From contig JAYVMZ010000337.1 of NCBI GenBank assembly GCA_043758735.1, positions 1-38,325 of the forward strand: 38,325 bases of DNA. Reading direction: 5' to 3'. Numbering within the stretch: position 1 is the first letter of the stretch; each line of letters begins with the position of its first letter. Made by a program: the position numbers and the translations under genes. Source of the DNA: Betaproteobacteria bacterium. GTDB taxonomy: Bacteria; Pseudomonadota; Gammaproteobacteria; Burkholderiales; JACQAP01. A model generated the notes under the pieces. It was not told the DNA's origin. It worked only from the letters and a program-made list of their open reading frames with translations, and did no database searches. Below are positions 8,624 to 17,961 of this stretch, one piece after another.

Positions 8624-9550
8624 ATGAAACTCCAGCAGTTGCGCTACATCTGCGAAGTTGCCCGCCAGAATCTCAACCTTTCGAGCGCGGCCGAGGTCCT
8701 GCATACCTCGCAACCCGGCATCAGCAAGCAGATCCGCAGCCTGGAAGAAGAACTCGGCGTCGATATTTTCGTGCGCCACGGCAAGCGCGTCGTCGCGGTC
8801 ACCGAGCCGGGCAAAGCAATACTGGATATCGCCCAGCGCATATTGAAGGATGTCGAGAACCTCAAGCAGGTCGGCGAGCAATTCACCGAGGAAGACAAGG
8901 GGCGCCTCACCATCGCCACCACGCACACCCAGGCGCGCTACGCGCTTCCCCAGATCGTCCAGCGTTTTACCAAACGCTACCCCGAAGTGCGCCTGTCGTT
9001 GCGCCAGGGCAGCCCGACGCAGATTTCCGAAATGGTGGCCTCGGGCGAAGCGGACATTGCCATTGCCACCGAGGCAATCGAGCTCTACGAGGATCTCGTC
9101 ATGCTGCCCTGCTACGAATGGAACCGCTGCGTCCTCGTACAACCCGGTCATCCGCTGCTTAAGGTGAAAAAGCTCACGGTGGAGGCGATCGCTGCGTTCC
9201 CGATCATTACGTATGATTTTGCGTTCACCGGCCGATCGAAGATCAACCAGGCGTTCTCGGACAAGGGCCTGACGCCAAACGTCGTGCTCACCGCAATCGA
9301 CGCCGACGTCATCAAGACTTACGTCGAACTCGGATTGGGTGTGGGCATCGTTGCAATGATGGCCTACGATCCGAGACGGGACACGCACGTGCGCGCCATC
9401 GATGCCAGCCATTTGTTCGCGCCGAGCACAACCCGCATCGGCATCCGCAAGAACAGCTATCTGCGCGGTTACACCTACGACTTCATCGAGATGTTCGCCC
9501 CCCACCTGACCCGCAACGTCGTCAACGACGCCATGCACACCAAGGGCTAG
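8624..9550 (+). CDS. cysB: CysB-family LysR-type transcriptional regulator
   Basis: MKLQQLRYICEVARQNLNLSSAAEVLHTSQPGISKQIRSLEEELG helix-turn-helix, colinear with CysB/Cbl. Divergent from the sulfate-assimilation operon. Confidence 0.85.
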   Translation: MKLQQLRYICEVARQNLNLSSAAEVLHTSQPGISKQIRSLEEELGVDIFVRHGKRVVAVTEPGKAILDIAQRILKDVENLKQVGEQFTEEDKGRLTIATTHTQARYALPQIVQRFTKRYPEVRLSLRQGSPTQISEMVASGEADIAIATEAIELYEDLVMLPCYEWNRCVLVQPGHPLLKVKKLTVEAIAAFPIITYDFAFTGRSKINQAFSDKGLTPNVVLTAIDADVIKTYVELGLGVGIVAMMAYDPRRDTHVRAIDASHLFAPSTTRIGIRKNSYLRGYTYDFIEMFAPHLTRNVVNDAMHTKG

Positions 9551-9559
9551 CTAGATCGG

Positions 9560-9720
9560 TTCACCGCAAAGACGCAATGAGCGCAAAGGAAAACAAGAAG
9601 TGCAGAGGGTGCCGAAATCAATTTGTCATGAAGAGCGCTTCGTCGCCTGGCGAGCCTGATATTCGAATTCCTACATTTCGCACCGATTTTCTTTGCGCCC
9701 TTTGGCGTCTTTGCGGTGAA
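9560..9720. repeat. REP/MITE-like element bounded by long inverted repeats
   Basis: TTCACCGCAAAGACGC (9560-9575) is the perfect reverse complement of GCGTCTTTGCGGTGAA (9705-9720). A second inner 8-bp arm pairs GCGCAAAG with CTTTGCGC. It fills the gap between convergent cysB and murJ. Confidence 0.6.
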
Positions 9721-9728
9721 AACGCGCC

Positions 9729-11270
9729 CTATGAGCCCTTCTTGGCAAAATCGCGCAGCCGGAAACCCAGCAGCCAGAGCGTCAGGAAATAGATGGCGAC
9801 GCCGAGGCCAACGAGCGTTGACAGCCTTCCGATCCGCCACCAGACCGTCGCGTCCAGCCATAAGGCGTCCGCCCCTCTCGTCCACCATAGCGCGGCGCCC
9901 ATCGCCAGCAACGCCAGCGCGACCTTGGCCAAAAACTTCGCCCAGCCGGGCTGGGGCCGGAAGATGTCATGCCGGCACAGCTTGTAGTAGAGCAGCCCGG
10001 CGTTGAGGCATGCCCCGAGCGATATCGCCAATGCCAGGCCCGCATGCTCCAGCTTCAACGCGAAAATGAACACCGGATTCAGCAACTGGGTCGCCAGGAG
10101 CGTGATCACTGCGATCTTCACGGGAGTGCGGATGTTCTGCCGGGCATAAAAGCCGGGGGCGAGTACCTTGACCAGGATCAATCCCAACAGTCCGACGCTG
10201 TAAGCCATGAGCGCATTGCGCGTCATTGTCACGTCGTGTTCGCCGAATGCACCGTGGTGAAACAGGGTTGCGATCAGCGGCACGGCGAGCAGGGCGAGCG
10301 CCAGTGCACAAGGTAGGGCCAGCATGACGGTCAGCCGCAGTCCCCAATCGAGCAGTTTCGAATATTCGCCGCCGGTCTTGTCGGCAAAGCTTCGTGTCAG
10401 GCTTGGCAGCAGGATCGTACCCAGCGCGACGCCAAGCAACCCGGTAGGAAATTCCATCAGGCGGTCGGCGTAGTAGAGCCAGGACACGCTGCCAGTGACA
10501 AGGAAAGAAGCGAAGATGGTGTTGATGAGCAGGCTGATCTGGCCGATCGATACCCCGAAAACCGCCGGGCCCATCAACTTCAGGATTCGCCATACACCGG
10601 GGTCTTTCAGGTCGAATCGAAAGCGCGGCAGCATGTCGATCCTGGCCAGGAATGGCAGCTGGAAGCCCAGTTGCAGCAGGCCGCCGGCCAACACGGCCCA
10701 GGCCAGAGCCAGGACCGGCGGATCGAAATACGGGGCGAGCCACAGCGCGAACACGATGAAGGAAACATTCAGCAACGTGGGTGTGAACGCCGGCACCGAA
10801 AACCGGCTCCACGTATTCAGGATCCCGCCGGCCAACGACGTCAGTGAGATGAAGAGGATGTAGGGGAACGTGACGCGGAGCAGTTGCACGGTGACCGCGA
10901 ACTTGTCGCTGTCCGCCACGAAGCCCGGCGCGGTGACATAGACGATCAGCGGCGCCGCGATCATACCGATGGCGGAAACGACGACGAGGACCACGGCCAG
11001 AAAGCTTGCGACGTGATCGACGAGCGATCGAGTCTCTTCGGGGGTGCGGGCATTGCGATATTCCCCAAGGATCGGGACGAACGCCTGCGCGAATGCGCCT
11101 TCGGCAAAAAGCCGCCGCAGGAGGTTGGGAAGCCGGAAAGCGACGAAAAAAGCGTCGGTATACAGGCCCGCGCCAAAGCCACGTGCGATCACGGCATCGC
11201 GCACGAATCCCAGAATCCGCGACACCAGCGTCATGCTGCTGATAGTCGCCAAGGCCTTGAGCAAATTCAT
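9729..11270 (-). CDS. murJ: lipid II flippase MurJ (MviN)
   Basis: [35 protein letters not shown]...[22 protein letters not shown] signature N-terminus, 513 aa, polytopic. The upstream 44-codon ORF extension was rejected. Confidence 0.92.
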   Translation of the reverse strand: MNLLKALATISSMTLVSRILGFVRDAVIARGFGAGLYTDAFFVAFRLPNLLRRLFAEGAFAQAFVPILGEYRNARTPEETRSLVDHVASFLAVVLVVVSAIGMIAAPLIVYVTAPGFVADSDKFAVTVQLLRVTFPYILFISLTSLAGGILNTWSRFSVPAFTPTLLNVSFIVFALWLAPYFDPPVLALAWAVLAGGLLQLGFQLPFLARIDMLPRFRFDLKDPGVWRILKLMGPAVFGVSIGQISLLINTIFASFLVTGSVSWLYYADRLMEFPTGLLGVALGTILLPSLTRSFADKTGGEYSKLLDWGLRLTVMLALPCALALALLAVPLIATLFHHGAFGEHDVTMTRNALMAYSVGLLGLILVKVLAPGFYARQNIRTPVKIAVITLLATQLLNPVFIFALKLEHAGLALAISLGACLNAGLLYYKLCRHDIFRPQPGWAKFLAKVALALLAMGAALWWTRGADALWLDATVWWRIGRLSTLVGLGVAIYFLTLWLLGFRLRDFAKKGS

Positions 11271-11465
11271 TTTCGTGTGAGATGGAAACCGGAATGCCGC
11301 GGATTGTAACCGAGCGATGCCACGCGGCCGGCTTGCGGCGCAGGCCCGGCTCCGGAAATGCCTGACCTGTTTTTGCGGCAAAACGCCACTATCGGGTTGC
11401 AAACCCCCTGCCGGGACAGTACCATAGCGCCCTTTTCCGCAGTCCCCCGGTTCAAGGAAGACCTA

Positions 11466-11729
11466 ATGGCCAACATAGCCTCAGCCAAGAAACGCGCCCG
11501 CCAGGCAGAACACCGCCGCGCCCACAATGCCGGCCAGCGCACGGAATTACGCTCCGCCATCAAGAACGTGAAGAAGGCGATCGCCGCCGGCGACAAGAAA
11601 GCCGCCCAGGCACAGTTCCAGATGTCGCAAAGCCGCATCGATTCGATCGCGGACAAGCGCATCGTGCACAAGAATACCGTGTCCCGGCAGAAAAGCCGCT
11701 TGGCCGCCGCCATCAAAGCGATGGCCTGA
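11466..11729 (+). CDS. rpsT: 30S ribosomal protein S20
   Basis: [25 protein letters not shown]..., 87 aa, highly basic and typical of S20. Confidence 0.95.
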   Translation: MANIASAKKRARQAEHRRAHNAGQRTELRSAIKNVKKAIAAGDKKAAQAQFQMSQSRIDSIADKRIVHKNTVSRQKSRLAAAIKAMA

Positions 11730-11751
11730 TCAGGCAAGCCAGGCAAATGCG

Positions 11752-11780
11752 AAGGCCCGCGCATGCGGGCCTTTTGTTTT
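11752..11780 (+). terminator. Rho-independent terminator after rpsT
   Basis: AAGGCCCGC-GCAT-GCGGGCCTT followed by TTGTTTT. Confidence 0.8.
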
Positions 11781-11807
11781 ACAACGGCAGTTAAAGAGTC
11801 GTCAGGG

Positions 11808-12134
11808 TCACGCCGCTCTGATGTCCTTGTGCACCTGCAGCGATTGGCGGATCTCGTGCCGCCCTTCCCTCACCTGCAATTCGTTGTCACTGCAGAACGA
11901 CATCAGGAATTTGAATGCTTCAGGACTCATTTGCTCGAGCCGGCGGTTGACGACGACGCACTTTATCCCCGACGCGATGATCGGCTTCAGATAGGGTGAA
12001 TAACTGACGCGCTGGTCTTCGCCGAACAACGACATACAACCGCAAAGCCGTTCAGCCCAGTCACTGGGCCGGAATGTTTCACCGTTCGTTGTGACACCGA
12101 CGATGAGAATTTCTACGATGGGCGGGCCGGACAT
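11808..12134 (-). CDS. DUF3579-like small protein
   Basis: 108 aa. The FRPSDWAERLCG...YSPY...FLMSFCSDNELQV pattern matches my recollection of the betaproteobacterial DUF3579 family. The family number is from memory. Confidence 0.6.
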   Translation of the reverse strand: MSGPPIVEILIVGVTTNGETFRPSDWAERLCGCMSLFGEDQRVSYSPYLKPIIASGIKCVVVNRRLEQMSPEAFKFLMSFCSDNELQVREGRHEIRQSLQVHKDIRAA

Positions 12135-12513
12135 TGTTCAGATCCTGAAATTCGCCCGCATCGTAGCATATTTTGCAGCGCACAAACGTACTTTCTGGCT
12201 TCGTAACTTACAGCAAGTTATTGATTAATAGTTTACAACAGATCAAAGGCGCGGCAATTCCAGCGCCATCGCTGGCACTTCAATCGGTTGCACGGGGCTT
12301 TGGCTGCTTCGCCGGGAGATGAAGAGCCGCAAGGGCCGCCGCCGCATACCAATACTTGCTGCTGCAAGTCGCGCAGTCAAACATCGGATGCAAGCCCGAA
12401 CCGTGATCGCCGGTCACGCATGACGAATGCGAAATCCGACAGGTAAAGCGCTTGCATCCATAGACCGATTCGGATAAATATAGGAGTTGAGAACCCCAAC
12501 ATTTTCAATGGCA

Positions 12514-12546
12514 CGCACGGCGGCTTTTTGCCGCCGTGTGCTTTTT
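12514..12546 (+). terminator. strong intrinsic terminator-like hairpin 30 nt upstream of the argD start (attenuator or sRNA 3' end)
   Basis: CGCACGGCGGC-TTTTT-GCCGCCGTGTG (11 bp including one G.U) followed by C-TTTTT. A T-tract is present only on the plus strand. Confidence 0.7.
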
Positions 12547-12575
12547 GGAGCCGGGGAAACGGCCTGGTGGGCGAC

Positions 12576-13775
12576 ATGATGCAACACGTAATGACAACGT
12601 ATGGCCGGCAGGCGATAGCGTTCTCCCGCGGCGAGGGCTCATGGCTATGGGATCTCAATGGCAAGCGCTACCTCGACTGCGTCAGCGGCGTCGCGGTCAG
12701 CGGCATCGGTCATGCCCACCCCCGCCTGATCGCCGCAATTTCCGCGCAGGCCGCGCGTGCGATGCATGTTTCCAACCTTTACGAAATCCCCGAGCAGGAG
12801 CAACTTGCCGCCCGCCTGTGCGCGCTCGCGGGAATGGACAATGCGTTCTTTTGCAATTCCGGATGCGAAGCCAACGAAGCGGCGATCAAGCTCGCGCGCC
12901 TGTATGGCCACCAGAAAGGCGTCGAATCTCCCGCCATCATCGTCATGGAGCAGGCCTTCCATGGCCGCACAATCGCAACGCTGTCGGCCACCGGCAGCCG
13001 CAAAGTACAGGCCGGGTTCGAGCCTTTGCTGACCGGTTTCGTGCGCGTGCCCTATGACGACCTGCCCGCGCTTCAGCAAGTGGCGGCGACCAATCCGAAC
13101 ATAGTCGCGGTGCTGGTGGAACCGGTGCAAGGCGAGAGCGGCGTCCACGTTCCGGAAGACGGCTATATTCCGCACCTGCGCCGGATCTGCGATGACAAGG
13201 GATGGCTGTTGATGCTCGATGAAGTGCAGAGCGGAATGGCACGCACCGGCAGGTGGTTCGCGCACCAGCATCTGGGCATCAAGCCCGATGTGATGTCGCT
13301 GGCCAAGGGGCTCGGCAACGGCTTCCCGATCGGCGCCTGCCTGGCGCGCGGCGCCGCCGCCTCTGTATTTACGCCGGGCAAGCATGGCTCCACCTTCGGC
13401 GGCAATCCGCTGGGTTGTGTATCCGCCCTCACCACGCTTTCGATCATCGAGGACGAAGGCCTGGTCGAGCGCGCAGGCGACATCGGGCAGAAAATTCGCG
13501 AAGGCATTGCACGGAATCTGGCCGGAACCGCCGGCGTGAAGGAAATCCGCGGCAAAGGCCTCATGATCGGCATAGAACTCGACCGGCCCTGCGGCGAACT
13601 GGTAGTGCGCGGATTCGAAGCCGGCCTGCTGATCAACGTGACGGCGGACACCGTGGTCCGGCTGCTCCCGCCGCTGAACCTGAAAGACGCGGAAGTGACG
13701 ACACTGATCGACGGGGTCTCGGCCCTGATCAAGACCTTCCTCAATGCCGCCGCTGAAACGGCCGTGGCGAACTGA
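12576..13775 (+). CDS. argD: acetylornithine aminotransferase (class III PLP aminotransferase)
   Basis: MMQHVMTTYGRQAIAFSRGEGSWLWDLNGKRYLD, FFCNSGCEANEAAIKLAR, DEVQSGMARTG, LAKGLGNGFP and STFGGNPL motifs. Followed by argF. Confidence 0.9.
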   Translation: MMQHVMTTYGRQAIAFSRGEGSWLWDLNGKRYLDCVSGVAVSGIGHAHPRLIAAISAQAARAMHVSNLYEIPEQEQLAARLCALAGMDNAFFCNSGCEANEAAIKLARLYGHQKGVESPAIIVMEQAFHGRTIATLSATGSRKVQAGFEPLLTGFVRVPYDDLPALQQVAATNPNIVAVLVEPVQGESGVHVPEDGYIPHLRRICDDKGWLLMLDEVQSGMARTGRWFAHQHLGIKPDVMSLAKGLGNGFPIGACLARGAAASVFTPGKHGSTFGGNPLGCVSALTTLSIIEDEGLVERAGDIGQKIREGIARNLAGTAGVKEIRGKGLMIGIELDRPCGELVVRGFEAGLLINVTADTVVRLLPPLNLKDAEVTTLIDGVSALIKTFLNAAAETAVAN

Positions 13776-13785
13776 CGGTCCGCAT

Positions 13786-14712
13786 ATGCAGTCTCCGAAA
13801 CACTTTCTGCAGCTCAAGGACCTTTCGCGCCACGAGTTCGATCATCTGTTCGAGCGCACGCGCTGGATCAAGCAGCAGTTCAAGTCATACAAACCCTATC
13901 ACCCGCTGTTCGACCGCACGCTGGTGATGATTTTCGAAAAGCAGAGCACACGCACCCGCCTGTCGTTCGAGGCCGGCATGCACCAACTCGGGGGGGCGGC
14001 GATATTCCTCAGCACGCGCGATTCGCAACTCGGCCGCGGAGAACCTGTCGAGGACGCCGCGCAGGTCATCTCGCGCATGTGCGACATCGTCATGATCCGC
14101 ACATTCGAGCAGGACATCATCGAACGCTTTGCCGCTCTCTCTCGGGTGCCGGTCATTAACGGCCTCACCAACGAATACCATCCCTGCCAGATTCTGGCCG
14201 ATATCTATACATTCATCGAGCATCGCGGCCCGATCCAGGGCAAGACCGTCGCCTGGATCGGCGACTCGAACAATGTCTGCAACACCTGGTTGCAAGCCGC
14301 GGAAGTGCTCGACTTCAATGTCCACGTCTCCACGCCCCCGGGCTACGAAGTGGAGCCGGAGCGCGCCGGCCTTTACGGCACCGACCATTACGAGGAATTT
14401 TCCGATCCGATGGAAGCCGCGCGCGGCGCGCACCTCGTCACGACCGACGTCTGGACCAGCATGGGATTCGAGGCGGAGAACGAGGAACGCAAGCGCGATT
14501 TCGAGGACTGGCAGGTAGACGTCGAAATGATGAAGCACGCCGCGCGCGACGCCTTGTTCATGCATTGCCTGCCCGCGCATCGCGAAGAAGAAGTCGAGGC
14601 GGCCGTGATCGATGGCCCGCAGAGCGTGGTCTGGGATGAAGCTGAGAACAGGTTGCATACGCAGAAGGCGTTGATGGAATTTCTGCTGCTCGGAAAAGTC
14701 GAATCGGTCTGA
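13786..14712 (+). CDS. argF: ornithine carbamoyltransferase
   Basis: FEKQSTRTRLSFE, HPCQILAD and FMHCLPAHR signature motifs. The ATG at 13786 removes the overlap with argD. Confidence 0.93.
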   Translation: MQSPKHFLQLKDLSRHEFDHLFERTRWIKQQFKSYKPYHPLFDRTLVMIFEKQSTRTRLSFEAGMHQLGGAAIFLSTRDSQLGRGEPVEDAAQVISRMCDIVMIRTFEQDIIERFAALSRVPVINGLTNEYHPCQILADIYTFIEHRGPIQGKTVAWIGDSNNVCNTWLQAAEVLDFNVHVSTPPGYEVEPERAGLYGTDHYEEFSDPMEAARGAHLVTTDVWTSMGFEAENEERKRDFEDWQVDVEMMKHAARDALFMHCLPAHREEEVEAAVIDGPQSVVWDEAENRLHTQKALMEFLLLGKVESV

Positions 14713-14825
14713 AGAACGCACCAGGACCGGCAGTGTCGAAAGTCGCTGGAACCAGGGGAACACGCTGCGGGAATGCAATGAATCCCGCGGTCCGGAGTAA
14801 TTAAATTACCGTCGAAGGAGTGGAT

Positions 14826-15338
14826 ATGGTCCGATTAAGCATTCCCCGAATCGCATTGGTTTTATCGTTGCTGATTCCGTTTGCCGGCCTGTGCGCCGAT
14901 GATGATGTTTCCTGGATAGCCGACAAGAGCGGCTGCAAGGTTGCCAATCCCTTCCCGCAGCCGGGCGAGTCCATCGTCTGGAAAGGCCAGTGCCGAAACG
15001 GCGTGGCCGACGGCGAAGGCGTGCTGGAGTGGTATATCAACGGCAAGTCCGCGGATCGCTACGAGGGTACCCTGAAGGAAGGCTGGGCAGAAGGCAAAGG
15101 CGTGCTCACGCGCGCGGAAGGGGGAAAGTACGCCGGCGACTGGAAGCACAGCCTTCAGGATGGCGACGGCCGCTACGACGCGCCGGATGGAAGCTGGTAC
15201 GAAGGGCAGTGGAAAGCGGGCCAGCCCCACGGCCATGGGCAGTACAAGACGCCGGACGGCCGGTTGATTGTCGGGGAATGGGTGGACGGCGTCTTTGAAG
15301 GTGACATGGACGACGATGACAATCCAAACAAGACGTAA
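14826..15338 (+). CDS. secreted MORN-repeat protein
   Basis: Signal peptide [24 protein letters not shown]. Then 4-5 tandem Y/W-x-G-x-W-x-x-G-x-x-x-G-x-G units ([54 protein letters not shown]) and an acidic tail. AAGGAG lies 5 nt upstream of the ATG. Confidence 0.75.
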   Translation: MVRLSIPRIALVLSLLIPFAGLCADDDVSWIADKSGCKVANPFPQPGESIVWKGQCRNGVADGEGVLEWYINGKSADRYEGTLKEGWAEGKGVLTRAEGGKYAGDWKHSLQDGDGRYDAPDGSWYEGQWKAGQPHGHGQYKTPDGRLIVGEWVDGVFEGDMDDDDNPNKT

Positions 15339-15361
15339 ATGAATTCACATCAAGGGACAAC

Positions 15362-16600
15362 GTGAAGAAGAAAAACGCAGAAAAGCCTATCAAGAAAGTC
15401 GTGCTCGCCTACTCAGGCGGCCTGGATACTTCGGTCATCCTGAAGTGGCTGCAGGACACCTACCAATGCGAAGTCGTCACCTTCACCGCCGACATAGGCC
15501 AAGGCGAAGAGGTGGAACCGGCACGCAAGAAGGCTAAGAAATTCGGCATCAAACAGATTTTCATCGAAGATCTGCGCGAGGAGTTTGTCCGCGACTTCGT
15601 CTATCCGATGTTCCGCGCCAATGCGCTGTATGAGGGCGAGTACCTCCTCGGCACCTCGATCGCGCGGCCACTGATCGCCAAGCACCTGGTCGAGATCGCG
15701 CGCAAGACCGGTGCGGATGCGGTCTCCCATGGCGCAACCGGCAAGGGCAATGACCAGGTGCGCTTCGAACTCGGCGCCTATGCGTTGATGCCCGACGTCA
15801 AGATCATCGCGCCCTGGCGCGAATGGGACCTGCTGTCGCGGGACAAACTGCTGGCTTACGCCGACAAGCACGGCATTCCGGTGGATTTCAAGAAGCGCAA
15901 AGGCGGTGGCGCACCCTACTCCATGGACGCCAACCTGCTGCATATCTCGTATGAGGGAGGCGTCCTGGAGGATCCGGATTTCGAACCGGAAGATTCGATG
16001 TGGCGCATCACCGTGTCGCCCGAAAAGGCACCGGGCCGGCCGGAGCATGTGGAACTGGACTACCGCAATGGCGACATCGTTGCGGTCAACGGCAAGAAGA
16101 TGACGCCGGCCCAGGTGCTGACGAAGCTCAACGAGATCGGCGGCAAGCACGGCATCGGACGCCTCGACATCGTCGAGAACCGCTATGTTGGCATGAAATC
16201 CCGGGGCTGCTACGAAACGCCGGGCGGCACCATCATGCTCAAGGCGCATCGCGCCATCGAATCCATCACGCTGGATCGCGAAGTGCTGGCACTGAAGGAC
16301 GACCTGATGCCGCGTTATGCGCGCATGATCTACAACGGCTACTGGTACAGCCCGGAACGCCTGCTGCTGCAAAGCCTGATCGACAAGTCGCAGTCGACGG
16401 TGAACGGCACGGTGCGGCTCAAATTGTACAAGGGCACCGTACTGGTCGTCGGCCGCGCATCGAAGTCCGATTCGCTGTTCGATTCGCGCATTGCCACTTT
16501 CGACGACGACAAGGGGGCTTACAACCAGGCCGATGCAGCCGGATTCATCCGCCTGAACGCATTGCGCCTGCGCATCGGCGCCAAACGCGGCAGGAAGTAG
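15362..16600 (+). CDS. argG: argininosuccinate synthase
   Basis: [15 protein letters not shown] (PP-loop), [15 protein letters not shown] and [25 protein letters not shown] motifs. GTG start with AAGGGA upstream. Confidence 0.95.
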   Translation: MKKKNAEKPIKKVVLAYSGGLDTSVILKWLQDTYQCEVVTFTADIGQGEEVEPARKKAKKFGIKQIFIEDLREEFVRDFVYPMFRANALYEGEYLLGTSIARPLIAKHLVEIARKTGADAVSHGATGKGNDQVRFELGAYALMPDVKIIAPWREWDLLSRDKLLAYADKHGIPVDFKKRKGGGAPYSMDANLLHISYEGGVLEDPDFEPEDSMWRITVSPEKAPGRPEHVELDYRNGDIVAVNGKKMTPAQVLTKLNEIGGKHGIGRLDIVENRYVGMKSRGCYETPGGTIMLKAHRAIESITLDREVLALKDDLMPRYARMIYNGYWYSPERLLLQSLIDKSQSTVNGTVRLKLYKGTVLVVGRASKSDSLFDSRIATFDDDKGAYNQADAAGFIRLNALRLRIGAKRGRK

Positions 16601-16657
16601 GCTTTCTCCTCGTTCATTCAGGCGAATGGACGGGGAGCTTTGAGGAAGGGACAGGCC

Positions 16658-17143
16658 ATGCCCAGCTTCGACATAGTCTCCGAAGTCAATCAGGTCGAGT
16701 TGAGGAACGCGCTCGACCAGACCAACAAGGAAGTGTCCAACCGCTTCGATTTCAAGGGCTCGGACGCGCGCGTCGAACATGCCGACAAGACCTTGACGGT
16801 TTTTGCCGATGACGATTTCAAGATCGGCCAGGTTTACGACGTGCTGATCGGCAAGCTGACCAAACGCGGTGTGGACGTACGCTGCCTGCAGCGCGGCAAG
16901 GTCGAAACGATCAGCGGCGACAAGGCCAAGCAGGTGATAACCGTGAAGGTCGGGGTCGACCAGGAACTCGGCAAAAAAATCCAGAAACTGATCAAGGACG
17001 CCAAACTCAAGGTGCAGGCCAGCATCCAGGGCGATGCGGTGCGGGTTTCCGGCGCCAAGAAAGACGAGTTGCAGGCGGCGATCGCGCTGGTCAGGAAGAG
17101 CGTCACCGATTTCCCGATCCAGGTCGGGAATTTCAGGGATTGA
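16658..17143 (+). CDS. yajQ: YajQ-family nucleotide/cyclic-di-GMP-binding protein (UPF0234)
   Basis: [34 protein letters not shown] ... [31 protein letters not shown] ... FRD, colinear with E. coli YajQ. Confidence 0.92.
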   Translation: MPSFDIVSEVNQVELRNALDQTNKEVSNRFDFKGSDARVEHADKTLTVFADDDFKIGQVYDVLIGKLTKRGVDVRCLQRGKVETISGDKAKQVITVKVGVDQELGKKIQKLIKDAKLKVQASIQGDAVRVSGAKKDELQAAIALVRKSVTDFPIQVGNFRD

Positions 17144-17169
17144 GCGAAACGCCCAATCCCTGAAATTCC
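17127..17169. repeat. perfect 16-bp inverted repeat (stem-loop) spanning the yajQ stop codon
   Basis: GGAATTTCAGGGATTG (17127-17142), an 11-nt loop, then CAATCCCTGAAATTCC (17154-17169). No T-tract follows, so it is not a canonical terminator. Confidence 0.6.
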
Positions 17170-17232
17170 AGGTACGAGGCACCAGGCTCCAGGCGCGAGG
17201 AAGTAAAAAGCTCGAACTCTAGCGCCCCGAGC

Positions 17233-17940
17233 CTAGCGCCTGAGCCCTTCCACCCATCGATCGTAAAGCCGGCCTGCAACGACTCTGAGCGCGCCCAGTT
17301 TCTGCTCCATCCCGCGCTGCATCTGGCCTGGCGTCTGCACCGCAGGACTGATTGCCGTTGCAATCTCGTCCGATCCCGACTTGCACCAGCTCTCGATGAG
17401 ATCCTCGGTCATTTCGACATGGCATTGCATGCCCAGGTTTTTGCCGGCGACGAAGCCCTGGTTTTCGCAATTCCGGTTGCCCATGATGCGCACCGCACCG
17501 GGCGGAATCGTGAAGGTCTCGCCGTGCCAGTGAAACGATTCGAAGCGCTTCAAGTCCGGTCCGAACCACGCCTTCGCTTCAGGGTTGTCGGCCACCTCGA
17601 TTTCACCCCATCCGATTTCCTTGACGGGGTTGCGCCCGACGCTGCCGCCGAGCGCCTTCGACATCAACTGCCCGCCCAGACAATGTCCGAGGATGGGAAC
17701 GTCTGAAGACACGGCTTTGCGGATCAACTCAAGCACCGGCGCAATCCAGGGCAGATCGTCGTTGACGCTCATTGGCCCGCCCATGAACACCAGTCCGCTG
17801 AAAGTTCCAACGCCCGCGGGGACGGCCTCGCCCTCGTCAAGCTTCACCAGTTGCCCCGGCAAGCCGCGTGCATGCAGATACGTGGCAAAATAGCCCGGTC
17901 CTTCCGTGGGTGAATGACGAAATATCGCGACCGGCTTCAT
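17233..17940 (-). CDS. class I glutamine amidotransferase (GMP-synthase-like GATase1 domain protein)
   Basis: PILGHCLGGQLM nucleophile elbow and QCHVE His-Glu motif. ATG at 17940 (MKPVAIFRH) chosen; the longer upstream ORF extension was discarded. Confidence 0.8.
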   Translation of the reverse strand: MKPVAIFRHSPTEGPGYFATYLHARGLPGQLVKLDEGEAVPAGVGTFSGLVFMGGPMSVNDDLPWIAPVLELIRKAVSSDVPILGHCLGGQLMSKALGGSVGRNPVKEIGWGEIEVADNPEAKAWFGPDLKRFESFHWHGETFTIPPGAVRIMGNRNCENQGFVAGKNLGMQCHVEMTEDLIESWCKSGSDEIATAISPAVQTPGQMQRGMEQKLGALRVVAGRLYDRWVEGLRR

Positions 17941-17961
17941 TGGCAGAGGATTCGTACGCAC

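Noticed and set aside
9547-9888. Small ORFs 9547-9888 (-) and 9577-9792 (+) in the cysB/murJ gap.
   Set aside because: They are translations of the inverted-repeat element and of the antisense of the murJ 3' end. They have no RBS, and their composition is repeat-derived.
12272-12292. A TGGCAC...TTGCA sequence resembling a sigma-54 -24/-12 promoter in the argD leader region.
   Set aside because: The GG-to-GC spacing is about 16 nt instead of the required 12 between the first G of each element, so it is not a plausible sigma-54 site.
12508-12579. A 23-codon upstream ORF (MARTAAFCRRVLFGAGETAWWAT) with three Arg codons. Its TGA overlaps the argD ATG (ATGA), which made it look like a possible arginine leader peptide.
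   Set aside because: The nearest AGGAG is 20 nt upstream, so there is no usable Shine-Dalgarno. The ORF runs through the whole terminator hairpin instead of ending before it, unlike classical attenuators. The Arg codons are largely a by-product of the GC-rich stem. It is kept only as a note under the leader/terminator finding.
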